Origin: Candidatus Woesearchaeota archaeon
Lineage (GTDB): Archaea; Nanobdellota; Nanobdellia; Woesearchaeales; GW2011-AR4
DNA length: 64,000 nt
Reading direction: 5' to 3'
Assembly (NCBI GenBank): GCA_016181305.1
Contig: JACOZN010000001.1
Location: 3,025-67,024 of the forward strand
Numbering within the stretch: the stretch's first letter is position 1; each line of letters opens with the position of its first letter. Below the pieces are notes generated by a model. The model was given only the letters and a program-made list of their open reading frames with translations. It made no database searches and was not told the origin of the DNA. This document shows, piece by piece, positions 36,047 through 46,273 of the stretch. The translations under genes were made by a program, and so were the position numbers.

Positions 36047-36748
36047 ATGGTTGAGCCAACAATAATTGTCGCTTTTATCGCAGGCATTGTCTCGTTTGCA
36101 AGCCCCTGCGTTCTGCCGTTGATTCCGGGCTTTCTGGCTTATTTGTCAGGCACATCAGCAGGGCAGCAAAATGCGAGATTGAAAGTGTTCCTTAACAGCG
36201 TTGCTTTTGTGCTTGGATTTTCGGTTGTTTTTGCATTATTGGGCGTCTTGTTGAATACTATACTGGAAAATGTTTCTTACTCAGTACAGACATGGCTTTC
36301 GAGGATTGGGGGGATTATTATAATCCTGTTTGCCCTGTATATTCTTGGATTGATAAAAATAAGCTTCCTTGAAAGGGAGCATAAGCTTTCTGTAAAGAAA
36401 AAATTCAGCGTAACTTACGTTACTTCATTTGTATTTGGATCGGCTTTTGCAGTCGGATGGACTCCGTGCGTCAGCGCGATTCTTGGCAGCGTTTTTGCAT
36501 TGGTTATAGCAAAGCCCGGCCTGGGGTTTGTTTTATTGATGTCCTATGCCCTTGGCTTAGGCATCCCATTTTTGCTTGTAGGCTTATTCACAACGCAGGC
36601 AGTAAGCTTAATCAATAAGTCTGCAACTGTGCTTAAATACTTCAACATTATTGTCGGGATTTTATTGTTGGTATTGGGCATACTGGTTTTCACAAACAAG
36701 CTTAATGTTGTTGCAAACTGGTTTTTTGCATATTCGCTTTTATCATGA
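36047..36748 (+). CDS. ccdA: CcdA/DsbD-family transmembrane thiol-disulfide electron transporter
   Basis: SPCVLPLIPGFLAYLSG plus a second conserved Cys (WTPCVSAILG). Confidence 0.85.
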   Translation: MVEPTIIVAFIAGIVSFASPCVLPLIPGFLAYLSGTSAGQQNARLKVFLNSVAFVLGFSVVFALLGVLLNTILENVSYSVQTWLSRIGGIIIILFALYILGLIKISFLEREHKLSVKKKFSVTYVTSFVFGSAFAVGWTPCVSAILGSVFALVIAKPGLGFVLLMSYALGLGIPFLLVGLFTTQAVSLINKSATVLKYFNIIVGILLLVLGILVFTNKLNVVANWFFAYSLLS

Positions 36749-37851
36749 AAACGCCAAATTTCATCAAAAAGCCATTTTTAACCATTGTAGTTGTGATTTT
36801 TGTAGCAGCAGCCATTCTTTACATAGAATCGCAAAAGCCGAACATAAATGAGATTAAAAAACCAGCAACCGGAAAAAATTCAACATACCCCAGAGCGCCT
36901 GATTTTGCAGGCATTGAAAAGTGGATTAACTCAGAGCCTTTAAAGATTGAGCAGTTAAGAGGAAAAGTAGTTTTGGTTGACTTCTGGACTTACACGTGCA
37001 TCAACTGCATCAGGACTTTGCCTTACCTGAAGGACTGGGATAAAAAGTACAGGGACAAGGGGCTTGTAATTGTTGGAGTCCACACCCCTGAATTTGAGTT
37101 TGAGAAAAAATATGAAAATGTTGTGAAAGCAGTGAATGATTACAAATTAAAATATGCTGTTGCCCAAGACAACAATTATGTCACATGGAACCTTTACCAG
37201 AACAGGTACTGGCCGCACAAGTTTTTGATTGACATTGACGGCTATGTAAGGTACGACCACATAGGGGAAGGGGCTTATGAGGAAACCGAAATGATGATAC
37301 AGCAGCTTTTAAAGGAGAGGATGGAAAGATTGAATAAAAAAGATGGCATCAAGGCAGAGCCAAGCAAGCCAAAAGAAGCCATCGATGTGAATTTCTCGGG
37401 CGTAAAGACCCCTGAGATATATTTTGGGTATCAGTTTGACAGGGGCAATCTCGGCTATGAAGGATTGAAACCGGGATATGTTGCCGATTTCAAGTATCCT
37501 CCAATATCGCATAAGAATTATGTCTATCTTGACGGGAAATGGAAGTACAATGCTGACAACATGGAGCTTTTAAGCGACGAGGGAAGCATTCTCCTTGCTT
37601 TTGAAGCCAAATCCGTCAATATTGTGGCGGGCTCTGAAAACGGCTCTGACGCCTTTGTTTTCTTTGACACTAATTTTTTAAACGAAGAAAACAAGGGAAG
37701 CGATGCTGAAATTGAAGGCGGAAAAAGCATCGTAAAAACGGATGAATTCAGGCTTTACAACATCGTCTCTGCTGGCAGCTACGGGGAGCATGTAATTGAG
37801 CTGCAGGTTGCCGGCAAGGGATTCAGGATTTATACGTTTACGTTTGGGTGA
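36745..37851 (+). CDS. Membrane-anchored redoxin (DipZ C-terminal-like thioredoxin domain plus beta-sandwich)
   Basis: VLVDFWTYTCINCIRTLPYLKDW (CxxC) followed by a beta-rich domain of about 170 aa. Confidence 0.7.
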   Translation: MKTPNFIKKPFLTIVVVIFVAAAILYIESQKPNINEIKKPATGKNSTYPRAPDFAGIEKWINSEPLKIEQLRGKVVLVDFWTYTCINCIRTLPYLKDWDKKYRDKGLVIVGVHTPEFEFEKKYENVVKAVNDYKLKYAVAQDNNYVTWNLYQNRYWPHKFLIDIDGYVRYDHIGEGAYEETEMMIQQLLKERMERLNKKDGIKAEPSKPKEAIDVNFSGVKTPEIYFGYQFDRGNLGYEGLKPGYVADFKYPPISHKNYVYLDGKWKYNADNMELLSDEGSILLAFEAKSVNIVAGSENGSDAFVFFDTNFLNEENKGSDAEIEGGKSIVKTDEFRLYNIVSAGSYGEHVIELQVAGKGFRIYTFTFG

Positions 37852-37857
37852 AAATAG

Positions 37858-38457
37858 TTAAATTTTTTGTTTCTCTTCATTAAGCATTGAACATATAGTT
37901 GCCTTAACTTCGTCTGTAATTTTATGATTAGTAAACCTATATGCAATTTCTAATACTCTTCCATCATATTCGCTGAGATTAACAGCAAATGTTTTTGCCT
38001 TAAATGGTGGGCGTATACTTTCATACCACCACCAAACAAGTTTTGTTGGATCAACATCTTGAATCATTGTTGGAAAATGTCTAGTGTCCTTTTGAATTAA
38101 TCTAATCCATAAATCGTCCTTTTGGCTTAATCTTATCAAATCATTATCTAACAAATCCTCTAGCCTAAAATTATACCAACCAATCTTTTCATCATCGCAG
38201 CAAACTATTGATTTAGGACTTATAAGTCCTGCTTCTTTAAATCCTGAGTATACTTGATAGAAAGATTTTATAGTTGAAAAAATAACATTATAACCAGCAT
38301 CACCGCTTGCCCCTAGTGTCAATCTTCCACTTCCAACTACTCCACCAGTGCTCGAATTTACAGCTACTACACCACTACTTGGCCATCTTACAGGATCGAC
38401 TGGAGAAATTATTATGCCTGCATTTTTTGTTCCTATTAATCTATCTTCAATTTCCAT
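37858..38457 (-). CDS. Hypothetical protein (AT-rich gene)
   Basis: 199-aa ORF with no recognisable motifs. Composition is more AT-rich than the neighbours. Confidence 0.35.
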   Translation of the reverse strand: MEIEDRLIGTKNAGIIISPVDPVRWPSSGVVAVNSSTGGVVGSGRLTLGASGDAGYNVIFSTIKSFYQVYSGFKEAGLISPKSIVCCDDEKIGWYNFRLEDLLDNDLIRLSQKDDLWIRLIQKDTRHFPTMIQDVDPTKLVWWWYESIRPPFKAKTFAVNLSEYDGRVLEIAYRFTNHKITDEVKATICSMLNEEKQKI

Positions 38458-38508
38458 AATTTATTTAAAAATAATCTTTATTTAATAAATTATTGTTAAA
38501 AATGTCAT

Positions 38509-39339
38509 TCACAATTTACTAAACACTTTCTGGCACAGCATAGCATCCCCTTCTATATTCGGGCTTTCTGAGATTGCAACGCCCTTGACTTTGAAATCTT
38601 TCAGCGCTTTCAGTAATTCTTTGTATTTTAAGTCAGATTCCTCAAGAGTTAAATGGTTTTTCTCTCCTTTTTCTCCGTATGCAATCCCAGTTACGTGCAT
38701 ATGCATGTTTTCCAAGCCTTTTTTCCCCAGTTTTTTTTCTATTTTTTCCAAAATTTCGCTGAATTCCCCATAACTATTGTACTTCCCATTTGTCCTTGCA
38801 TGGAAATGCGCGAAATCCACACATGGCATGACATTGTCAAGCTCCTGGCTTAACTGCAGGATTTCATCAACATTGCCGAACTGGGTTTCCTTGCCTGTTG
38901 TCTCAGGGCGAACCCATATGCTGTTGTTTTCATTCTTTAAAGTTGAAATAATTTCCTTCAAATTGTCTTTTATTGTGCCATAAACCTTTTTTGAATCCAT
39001 GCCCATGTAAAAACCCGAATGGAAGCAAACAGAATAGCCGCCGCACAAATTTGCAATCCTTGCTGAGTCTAGAATCCTTTGAATGCTTGCCTTAATCTTT
39101 GCTTTCTCCAAAGAGTTAAGATTGATGAAATAAGGCGCGTGGCACGTCAAAACCACATTGCTTTCTTCAGCAGCCTTTTTTACTTCAGGCGCCCTGTCTT
39201 TAGTTATATTGACGCTTCTTACAAACTCAAGCTCCATTGCCCCCAAGCCGAGGTTTCTGACATGACTTATCCCATCAATAGTCGTCCTTGGATTCGAGCT
39301 TAATGGAATGCCTGCCGTGCCGAATAAGAGTTCTTTCAT
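38509..39339 (-). CDS. AP endonuclease family 2 / xylose-isomerase-like TIM-barrel protein (endonuclease IV-like)
   Basis: 276 aa with metal-ligand-like His/Glu/Asp positions (CHAPY, FHSG, ETTG, DFAHFHA, HMHVTG). Confidence 0.6.
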   Translation of the reverse strand: MKELLFGTAGIPLSSNPRTTIDGISHVRNLGLGAMELEFVRSVNITKDRAPEVKKAAEESNVVLTCHAPYFINLNSLEKAKIKASIQRILDSARIANLCGGYSVCFHSGFYMGMDSKKVYGTIKDNLKEIISTLKNENNSIWVRPETTGKETQFGNVDEILQLSQELDNVMPCVDFAHFHARTNGKYNSYGEFSEILEKIEKKLGKKGLENMHMHVTGIAYGEKGEKNHLTLEESDLKYKELLKALKDFKVKGVAISESPNIEGDAMLCQKVFSKL

Positions 39340-39377
39340 TAAGAGAAGTAAAATTCATTCATTTTTAAAATTGTTGA

Positions 39378-39563
39378 TTATCTCGCTTTCCTAAGCATTG
39401 CCTTAATCTGCCTTCTCAATGCAGGGCTATTCTTATGCCCGTGGTCATGCACGGCATGCCAGACAGCAACCTTCAAAACTTCTTTCTCTGTCCCAGCAAT
39501 CGTCAAAGTGCATTTCTTTTTGCTCGGAAACCTTCTGCAGTCTGCCACTACCCTTTTTGCCAT
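39378..39563 (-). CDS. DUF1059-like small protein
   Basis: MAKRVVADCRRFPSKKKCTLTIAGTEKEVLKVAVWHAVHDHGH matches the pattern remembered for DUF1059. Confidence 0.55.
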   Translation of the reverse strand: MAKRVVADCRRFPSKKKCTLTIAGTEKEVLKVAVWHAVHDHGHKNSPALRRQIKAMLRKAR

Positions 39564-39721
39564 TTTTACACCCACATTCAATTATCTAAATTTAGTTTGA
39601 ATCTCATTATTGGTATTTAATGTTTTCGTTTTAAAATGGGCGAAAAGCGGATTTTTATGATTATTTGAAATTTAATTGTAAATATAAAAATATTTAAACC
39701 ATTAAATCATTTCTATGAATA

Positions 39722-39880
39722 ATGGTTGAAAAACTAACCGAAAACAATAAAACATATTACATCTGCGAAGAATGCAGTTTTGCTTACAAAGACAAAAAAA
39801 CTGCCTTAAAATGCGAAGCATGGTGCAGGAAATATAAAAGCTGCAATGTTGAAATAACAAAACACGCAGTCAAAATTTAA
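39722..39880 (+). CDS. Small zinc-ribbon protein (52 aa)
   Basis: CEEC-x13-CEAWC pattern. Below the ORF-track cutoff. Confidence 0.4.
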   Translation: MVEKLTENNKTYYICEECSFAYKDKKTALKCEAWCRKYKSCNVEITKHAVKI

Positions 39881-39942
39881 ATCTATTTTTCATAAAGTTT
39901 AAATACACCCCTTGCGGATTTTCTCTGATTAAAGAGGATGCT

Positions 39943-40632
39943 ATGGCTTTTCACTTATTGTCATTGATGTTGGCAGGGATTTTAAGCTTTGCCGATTACA
40001 TTACAGAAAATGTTTATTCAAATAAAATAAGGGCAAACAAAAAGCTTATTTCATTCTCAGCCGGAGTTGCAATATCATATATCATACTAAACTTGTTCCC
40101 GGAGATATCATTATACGCACTGATTGACGGAAAAGAGATTTTTCTTTACGCGCTTTTTGGTTTTATTTCACTGAATCTCATTGAGCAGTACATACAAAAA
40201 GGAATAAAAAAGCCGAAAACAGCTTACTACCACAAAGCGCTTCATGTGGCTTACTTTTTCATCTACAACTTTGTTATAGGCATGGTTTTGGTTAATTTTT
40301 CGTCAAAGGGATTGACAAGAACCATGCTTTTTTTCGTTCCATTCCTTCTTTACATAATCATAAAGATACTTCCGCAGGAGTTTATCTTCAAAACCAGCGC
40401 GTTCAGGATTTTCTATTCGCTGGCTCCTTTATTTGGAGCTGTTTTAGGGCTGGTTTACTTTGATTTTGCAATTACAGCGTTTAGCAAGCTGCTTTCCTTC
40501 ATTACAGGCACGTTGCTTTATACAGTTATAAGGGAATCTCTGCCGAGCGACAAGGCTGAAAAGCCGTTGTACTTCATGATTGGGGCTTTATTTTATGCAT
40601 TAATCATATTTGTGACTTGGAATTTTGCATAA
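39943..40632 (+). CDS. Polytopic membrane protein, unknown function
   Basis: 229 aa, about 7 TM helices. A GAGG Shine-Dalgarno lies upstream. Confidence 0.4.
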   Translation: MAFHLLSLMLAGILSFADYITENVYSNKIRANKKLISFSAGVAISYIILNLFPEISLYALIDGKEIFLYALFGFISLNLIEQYIQKGIKKPKTAYYHKALHVAYFFIYNFVIGMVLVNFSSKGLTRTMLFFVPFLLYIIIKILPQEFIFKTSAFRIFYSLAPLFGAVLGLVYFDFAITAFSKLLSFITGTLLYTVIRESLPSDKAEKPLYFMIGALFYALIIFVTWNFA

Positions 40633-40768
40633 AAACCATCAAACCACTTAAATCTCTTATTTAACCCTTAAAAGATAGTTTGTTAAGATAGCTTGAATGT
40701 CTGATAAAAAAGAAAGATTTATTAAATAGGTAAAAACAACAAAATCCATAACTGAGGTGATAGCGAAT

Positions 40769-41011
40769 ATGCCAAAAGCAAATAAAGTCAAAATTTACTC
40801 TACAAGCACGTGCCCCTGGTGTGTCAAGACAAAGGAGTTTTTGAAAGCCAACAGCATCAAATACGAAGATGTCAATGTCGGCAATGACGAAAAAGCCCGA
40901 AACGAGATGTTTGAAAAATCAGGGCAGTTTGGAGTTCCTGTCACTGATGTCAACGGCACAATCATTGTAGGCTATGACAAGGAAGCCCTGAAAAAAGCGC
41001 TTGGTTTATAA
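40769..41011 (+). CDS. Glutaredoxin/NrdH-like small redoxin
   Basis: KIYSTSTCPWCVKTKEFL (CPWC) and a GVPV motif. Start set at the ATG at 40769, behind a GAGGTG Shine-Dalgarno. Confidence 0.8.
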   Translation: MPKANKVKIYSTSTCPWCVKTKEFLKANSIKYEDVNVGNDEKARNEMFEKSGQFGVPVTDVNGTIIVGYDKEALKKALGL

Positions 41012-41034
41012 ACCTAAACTTTTCTCCGATTTCT

Positions 41035-42282
41035 ATGGAAAAAGACAATGTTTGCATCAACTGCTACAACCAGGTTGATAAAGTAGCGAAGATTCTTAAG
41101 CTTGGGCAGGCAGAGCTTGACATTCTTACGATACCAAAAAGAATATTCACGTTCAGCTATCCTGTAAGGCTTGACTCAGGAGACATAAGGTATTTCACAG
41201 GCTACAGGGTTCAGTTTAATGATGCCAGAGGCCCGACAAAAGGCGGCATAAGGTTTCATCCGGAGGTTAACCTTGAGGAAATCAAGACACTGGCTTTCTT
41301 GATGACGTTAAAATGCGCTGTTGTGAACCTGCCTTATGGAGGCGCAAAAGGAGGCATTACTATAAACCCCGGCAAGTTTTCTGAAGCAGAGCTTGAAAGA
41401 ATCAGCAGGGGGTACATAAGGGAGACATACAACTTCATAGGGCCCAGTATAGACATTCCGGCGCCTGATGTCAACACAGATGCAAAGATAATGGCATGGA
41501 TGCTTGACGAGTATGAAAAGCTCGAAGGAAGGCATACTCCTTCTGCAATAACAGGCAAGCCTATTGCATTATTGGGCTCAAAGGCAAGAGACTTCTCAAC
41601 TTCTATGGGGGGAGCTTACGTCCTGCAGGAATTTGCCGAAACTCTTGGCATGAAGCCAAAAAATACAAGCGTTGCAGTGCAGGGATTTGGAAATGTGGGC
41701 ATGAATATTGCAAGGATTTTGAATGAATGGGGCTACAAGGTTATTGCTGTAAGTGACTCAAAAAGCGGCATTTACAATCCAAAAGGGCTTAATATAAAAG
41801 AAGTCATAGCCCATAAGGAAAAGACAGGCAGGCTGGCTAAATTCAAAGGCGCAAAGGAAATTTCAAACGAGGAACTGCTTGAGCTGAAAACAGACGTGCT
41901 TGTGCCTGCTGCTCTTGAGGACCAAATAACAAAAAAGAATGCAGGCAAAATAAAAGCAAAGCTTATCCTTGAGATGGCTAACCGCCCGATAACTCCGGAA
42001 GCAGATGAAATACTTCTTGACAAGCACATTTTTATTGTTCCTGACATACTTGCAAATGCCGGAGGAGTCGTTGTTTCTTACTTTGAATGGGTTCAGAACT
42101 CCCAGAATTACTATTGGAGCGAAAAGGTAGTATTGGAAAGGCTCAAAACATACATGACAGATGCTGTGAAGGAATTGTCAAAAGTTTGTACTGACTTTAA
42201 ATGTGACATGAGGGCTTCGCTTTACATCAACGCTGTCAAGAAGATTCTGGAAGCGGAAAGATTGAGGGGGAATTTGAAGTAG
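41035..42282 (+). CDS. gdhA: Glutamate dehydrogenase
   Basis: KGGIRFHP, PYGGAKGG and GFGNVG motifs. 415 aa. Confidence 0.9.
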   Translation: MEKDNVCINCYNQVDKVAKILKLGQAELDILTIPKRIFTFSYPVRLDSGDIRYFTGYRVQFNDARGPTKGGIRFHPEVNLEEIKTLAFLMTLKCAVVNLPYGGAKGGITINPGKFSEAELERISRGYIRETYNFIGPSIDIPAPDVNTDAKIMAWMLDEYEKLEGRHTPSAITGKPIALLGSKARDFSTSMGGAYVLQEFAETLGMKPKNTSVAVQGFGNVGMNIARILNEWGYKVIAVSDSKSGIYNPKGLNIKEVIAHKEKTGRLAKFKGAKEISNEELLELKTDVLVPAALEDQITKKNAGKIKAKLILEMANRPITPEADEILLDKHIFIVPDILANAGGVVVSYFEWVQNSQNYYWSEKVVLERLKTYMTDAVKELSKVCTDFKCDMRASLYINAVKKILEAERLRGNLK

Positions 42283-42346
42283 TGTTTCTATTAATTTTTA
42301 TTATAATTCTAAAAAGTATTAATACAAGAAAGAATTAAATATAGAT

Positions 42347-43198
42347 ATGAATAATTTCTTAATAATGAAATCAATTAAATGGTACAAATCAAATATATAT
42401 GATAAATGGAGTATTACTAATAAAATTATGTTTTGGTTAGCAATAATCAGTATTTTTGTTGGTAGTTCAATTTCTATTAATACTGTGATTGCTCCAAATT
42501 TAAATGTAACATTGGAAAAAAGTCCACAATGTATCGGAATAAATTGCCAACAATCAGTTACATATAATGAATGTAATCCTTATGAAGTACTCAAAAAATA
42601 TGAAGAATTAAAATTAAAAAACAATTCTATTAAATTATGCACTAATAATTTAACATTTTATTATTACGAAAAATGTGGATTCCAATTAAAAGCTTATTTA
42701 TTTGACCAGTGTGATATTAAAAATGTAACTTTAATAAGTCCAGACCCAAAAAATTTTGGTGATTATTTTTTAGTTTATCCTTTTTGGAATAAAACTAATG
42801 AAGACTATTATTTTTTTGATGCTTTATTAGAGTTTGGAGAAAGAGCAGTGGTATATGTTACTCTTGAAAAAATCTTAAAATTTACATTCATAGAATATGA
42901 TAAAACACAATATGAACTTTCTATTAATGTTTCAGATTGGAAAGAAAATGAATGGGCTATTATAGCCTATGGACATAATAATGATACTTTATATCTGTTA
43001 TATAAAAATATAAAAGATCAAAATAAAAAAGGAATAGTCCAAAAAAAGATACCTAAATTAGAATTAAAAAGTACTAAAGGTACTGCTTATTGGGGGAGTA
43101 ATGTATATGGTAAAAATCAGGCTAATGCTGTAATAACTATCATAGATAAAGAGTCATTACTTAATAAAGATTCATGGGTATATCAATATTTAAGCTAA
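42347..43198 (+). CDS. Membrane-anchored hypothetical protein in a strongly AT-rich island
   Basis: 283-aa ORF with one TM helix, rich in Asn/Lys/Tyr. A possible jelly-roll (LamG-like) C-terminus is only a guess. Confidence 0.35.
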   Translation: MNNFLIMKSIKWYKSNIYDKWSITNKIMFWLAIISIFVGSSISINTVIAPNLNVTLEKSPQCIGINCQQSVTYNECNPYEVLKKYEELKLKNNSIKLCTNNLTFYYYEKCGFQLKAYLFDQCDIKNVTLISPDPKNFGDYFLVYPFWNKTNEDYYFFDALLEFGERAVVYVTLEKILKFTFIEYDKTQYELSINVSDWKENEWAIIAYGHNNDTLYLLYKNIKDQNKKGIVQKKIPKLELKSTKGTAYWGSNVYGKNQANAVITIIDKESLLNKDSWVYQYLS

Positions 43199-43295
43199 CT
43201 ATTCTGTTTGATTATTATTTGATATAATAATTACAATATTTTATAAAAAACTTTATAACAACCTTTAAAAACCCCTTTCAGTCACCTTTCCTGTT

Positions 43296-44477
43296 ATGAA
43301 CCTAAAAGAAGAGGCTTTAAAACTTCATCGTGAAAACAAAGGCAAATTAGCAACCAAATCAAAAGTAAAAGTTGCAACAAAAGAGGATTTAAGCTTAGTC
43401 TACACTCCCGGAGTTGCAGAGGTTTGCAGGGAAATAGCCTCAAACCCAAAAAGCATTTATGATTACACAATGAAGGCTAATTCTGTTGCTGTTGTGACAG
43501 ACGGCTCAGCAGTTCTTGGTCTGGGCAATATTGGCGCAGAGGCTTCGTTGCCTGTGATGGAAGGAAAATGCATAATATTCAAGGAATTGGCTGATATAGA
43601 CGCTTTCCCAATCTGCATCAAGTCACAGGATGAGAACGAAATAATAAGCATAGTGAAGAACATAGCGCCTGCTTTTGGCGGCATTAATCTTGAAGATATA
43701 TCGGCACCAAGGTGTTTTACCATAGAAGAGCAACTGCTCAACATAGGCATCCCTCTTATGCATGACGACCAGCATGGCTCTGCAATTGTTGTTCTGGCAG
43801 CCTTGATAAATGCCTCAAGGGCTGTCAGAAAAGAAATAGAAGACCTGAAGGTTGTGATTAATGGAGCAGGTGCGGCTGGAATGGCAACTGCAAAACTTCT
43901 TACATGCCTTGGAATTGACAAAAATATATGCACATCCGTAAAAGAGCTTGTGCTTTGCGACAGCAAGGGCATCATCTATGACGGAAGGCCAGATTTAAAT
44001 GAATTCAAGAAACAGATGGCAAAGGTAACCAACAAGTCAAAGAGAAAAGGAACTTTGAAAGATGCCCTGGAAGGCGCAGATGCTTTCATAGGGCTTTCAA
44101 GAGCGAATTTGCTTACAGCAAACGATTTAAAAGTGATGAATGCAAATGCAATTGTGTTTGCAATGGCAAACCCGACTCCTGAGATTTCCTATGACGAGGC
44201 AAAGAAGGTTGCAGCGGTTGCAGGCACAGGCAGGAGCGACTTTCCCAACCAAATCAACAATTCCTTGGCGTTTCCGGGCTTATTCAGGGGCACTCTTGAT
44301 GCAAAAGCCACAAAGATAAACAACGAGATGAAAGTTGCCGCAGCCCATGCAATAGCAGGCTGCGTAAAGCCTACAAAAGACAATGTTCTTCCTTACACGC
44401 TTGACAGGCAGGTTGTTCCCAGAGTTGCTGAGGCTGTGAGAAAAGCGGCTGTAGAAAGCAGAATTATAAGGCACTAA
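43296..44477 (+). CDS. NAD(P)-dependent malic enzyme (short archaeal/bacterial form)
   Basis: LSLVYTPGVA, DGSAVLGLGNIG, FGGINLEDI and VINGAGAAG motifs. Confidence 0.9.
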   Translation: MNLKEEALKLHRENKGKLATKSKVKVATKEDLSLVYTPGVAEVCREIASNPKSIYDYTMKANSVAVVTDGSAVLGLGNIGAEASLPVMEGKCIIFKELADIDAFPICIKSQDENEIISIVKNIAPAFGGINLEDISAPRCFTIEEQLLNIGIPLMHDDQHGSAIVVLAALINASRAVRKEIEDLKVVINGAGAAGMATAKLLTCLGIDKNICTSVKELVLCDSKGIIYDGRPDLNEFKKQMAKVTNKSKRKGTLKDALEGADAFIGLSRANLLTANDLKVMNANAIVFAMANPTPEISYDEAKKVAAVAGTGRSDFPNQINNSLAFPGLFRGTLDAKATKINNEMKVAAAHAIAGCVKPTKDNVLPYTLDRQVVPRVAEAVRKAAVESRIIRH

Positions 44478-44521
44478 TTTATCGCTAAAGATTTAAATCC
44501 TCACTTAATTCTATCATAATC

Positions 44522-45451
44522 ATGGACTGCATAGAAGTTTATGACTTGGTAAAAACCTTCAGGGAGAAAGGAAAAGAGATTGTCGCAGTAGACGGCATTT
44601 CATTCAAAGTCAAAAAAGGCGAGATGTTTGGGTTGCTGGGTCCAAACGGGGCAGGAAAATCCACAACAATAAACATACTCACGGGATTGCTTGAAAAAGA
44701 TTCCGGAACAGTGAAAATACTTGGATTTGAGCCTGAAAAAAACTGGGAATTTGTTAAGAACAATTCAAATGTGGCAACTGCCTATTCATGGCTTTCAGAC
44801 GTTCTTACAGTAAGGCAGAATCTCAGGGTTTATGCAAAAATTTACGGCGTTAAAAACACTGAAAAAAGAATAAATGAGCTATTGGAAATGTTCGAGCTTG
44901 GCAATGTCGCTGACAGGAAAGTAATCAGGCTGAGCTCCGGCGAGAATACAAGGGCTGTTTTGTGCAAAGGGCTGATAAACAATCCAAAGGTACTTTTTTT
45001 GGACGAATGCACTGTGGGCTTGGATCCTGATATAGCAGACAAGACGCGAAGCCTCATTAAAAATTACCAGAAAGAGAATGATGCTGCAATACTTTTTACT
45101 TCCCATTATATGTACGAGGTTGAACAGCTTTGCGACAGGATAGCCTTCATGTCCAACGGAAAGATCATAAGCATTGATACAAGCTCCAACCTTAAGAAAC
45201 TAATAAAAAAGCATACTGTTGAAATTGCAGTCAAAAAAGATATCAAGCCGCTTATGGAATTTCTTAAGACAGAGGGTGTTGAAATTATTTTTGCAAAAGA
45301 TAACAGCATTGTATTTGAGGTTACCACAGAGCATGACAAGATGTACAAAGTAATAAGCAAGATTTTTCATAAAGGATTCATGCTGAGCAATCTTCATGTC
45401 AAAGGACCCACTTTGGACGACGTATTCATAAAGATAGCCCGACAAAAATGA
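44522..45451 (+). CDS. ABC transporter ATP-binding protein
   Basis: Walker A GPNGAGKST, signature LSSGE, Walker B LFLDE. Confidence 0.9.
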   Translation: MDCIEVYDLVKTFREKGKEIVAVDGISFKVKKGEMFGLLGPNGAGKSTTINILTGLLEKDSGTVKILGFEPEKNWEFVKNNSNVATAYSWLSDVLTVRQNLRVYAKIYGVKNTEKRINELLEMFELGNVADRKVIRLSSGENTRAVLCKGLINNPKVLFLDECTVGLDPDIADKTRSLIKNYQKENDAAILFTSHYMYEVEQLCDRIAFMSNGKIISIDTSSNLKKLIKKHTVEIAVKKDIKPLMEFLKTEGVEIIFAKDNSIVFEVTTEHDKMYKVISKIFHKGFMLSNLHVKGPTLDDVFIKIARQK

Positions 45452-46233
45452 ACCTCCACAGAATCAATGCGCTATTGCTGAAGTATTATTATATAACAAT
45501 CAACAGAGTTGACAGGCTGTTTGATATTGTATATTGGCCTATCATAGACCTGTTTATCTGGGGCTTTACAGCATTCTATATACAGGAATTGTCTGATGTA
45601 AATGTGCTTAGCATACTTCTTGGAGGAGCTATATTGTGGGTTTTTGTCTGGAGAGCGTCCCAGGATATAGCAGTATTTATATTGGAGGATTTCTGGTCAA
45701 GAAACCTTTACCACCTTTTTTCGTCGCCAGTAAGATTAAGCGAGCATCTGGCATCAATCATCATAATCGGGCTTTTCAGGGCACTGGCAACATTTGTATT
45801 GATGTGGATTGTTGCAATTGTGTTTTATTCGTTTAACATATTAACAATATCACCTTTAGTCATAGCATTTGCTGTATTTCTGCTCACATTGTTTGGATGG
45901 GCCATAGGACTTTTTGTAGCAGCATTCATATTTAGATACGGGCAGAGAATACAGGTTTTGGCGTGGAGCGTTACATTCCTGCTTCAGCCTTTTGTGTGCA
46001 TATTTTATCCCCTGTCTGTTCTTCCGGAATGGGCTGCAAGAATAGCTGTTGTTTTGCCTCCAACTCATGTGTTTGAGGCGCTAAGGGCTGCAATATACAA
46101 TCAAGCTATCAACTATACAGGATTGTGGTATGCCCTCATTGCTGAATTAATCTTGTTCGTAATCATGGCTTTTTTCCTGCAGGCAGCATTCCAAAGATCA
46201 AGGAAGACGGGTTTATTGGCAAAAGGCGATTAA
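45448..46233 (+). CDS. ABC-2-type transporter permease
   Basis: 6-TM protein whose start overlaps the ATPase stop (4-nt overlap). Confidence 0.75.
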   Translation: MNLHRINALLLKYYYITINRVDRLFDIVYWPIIDLFIWGFTAFYIQELSDVNVLSILLGGAILWVFVWRASQDIAVFILEDFWSRNLYHLFSSPVRLSEHLASIIIIGLFRALATFVLMWIVAIVFYSFNILTISPLVIAFAVFLLTLFGWAIGLFVAAFIFRYGQRIQVLAWSVTFLLQPFVCIFYPLSVLPEWAARIAVVLPPTHVFEALRAAIYNQAINYTGLWYALIAELILFVIMAFFLQAAFQRSRKTGLLAKGD

Positions 46234-46273
46234 ACATAATATTTAAAAACAACCTTTCTCATTTTTATTAAAA

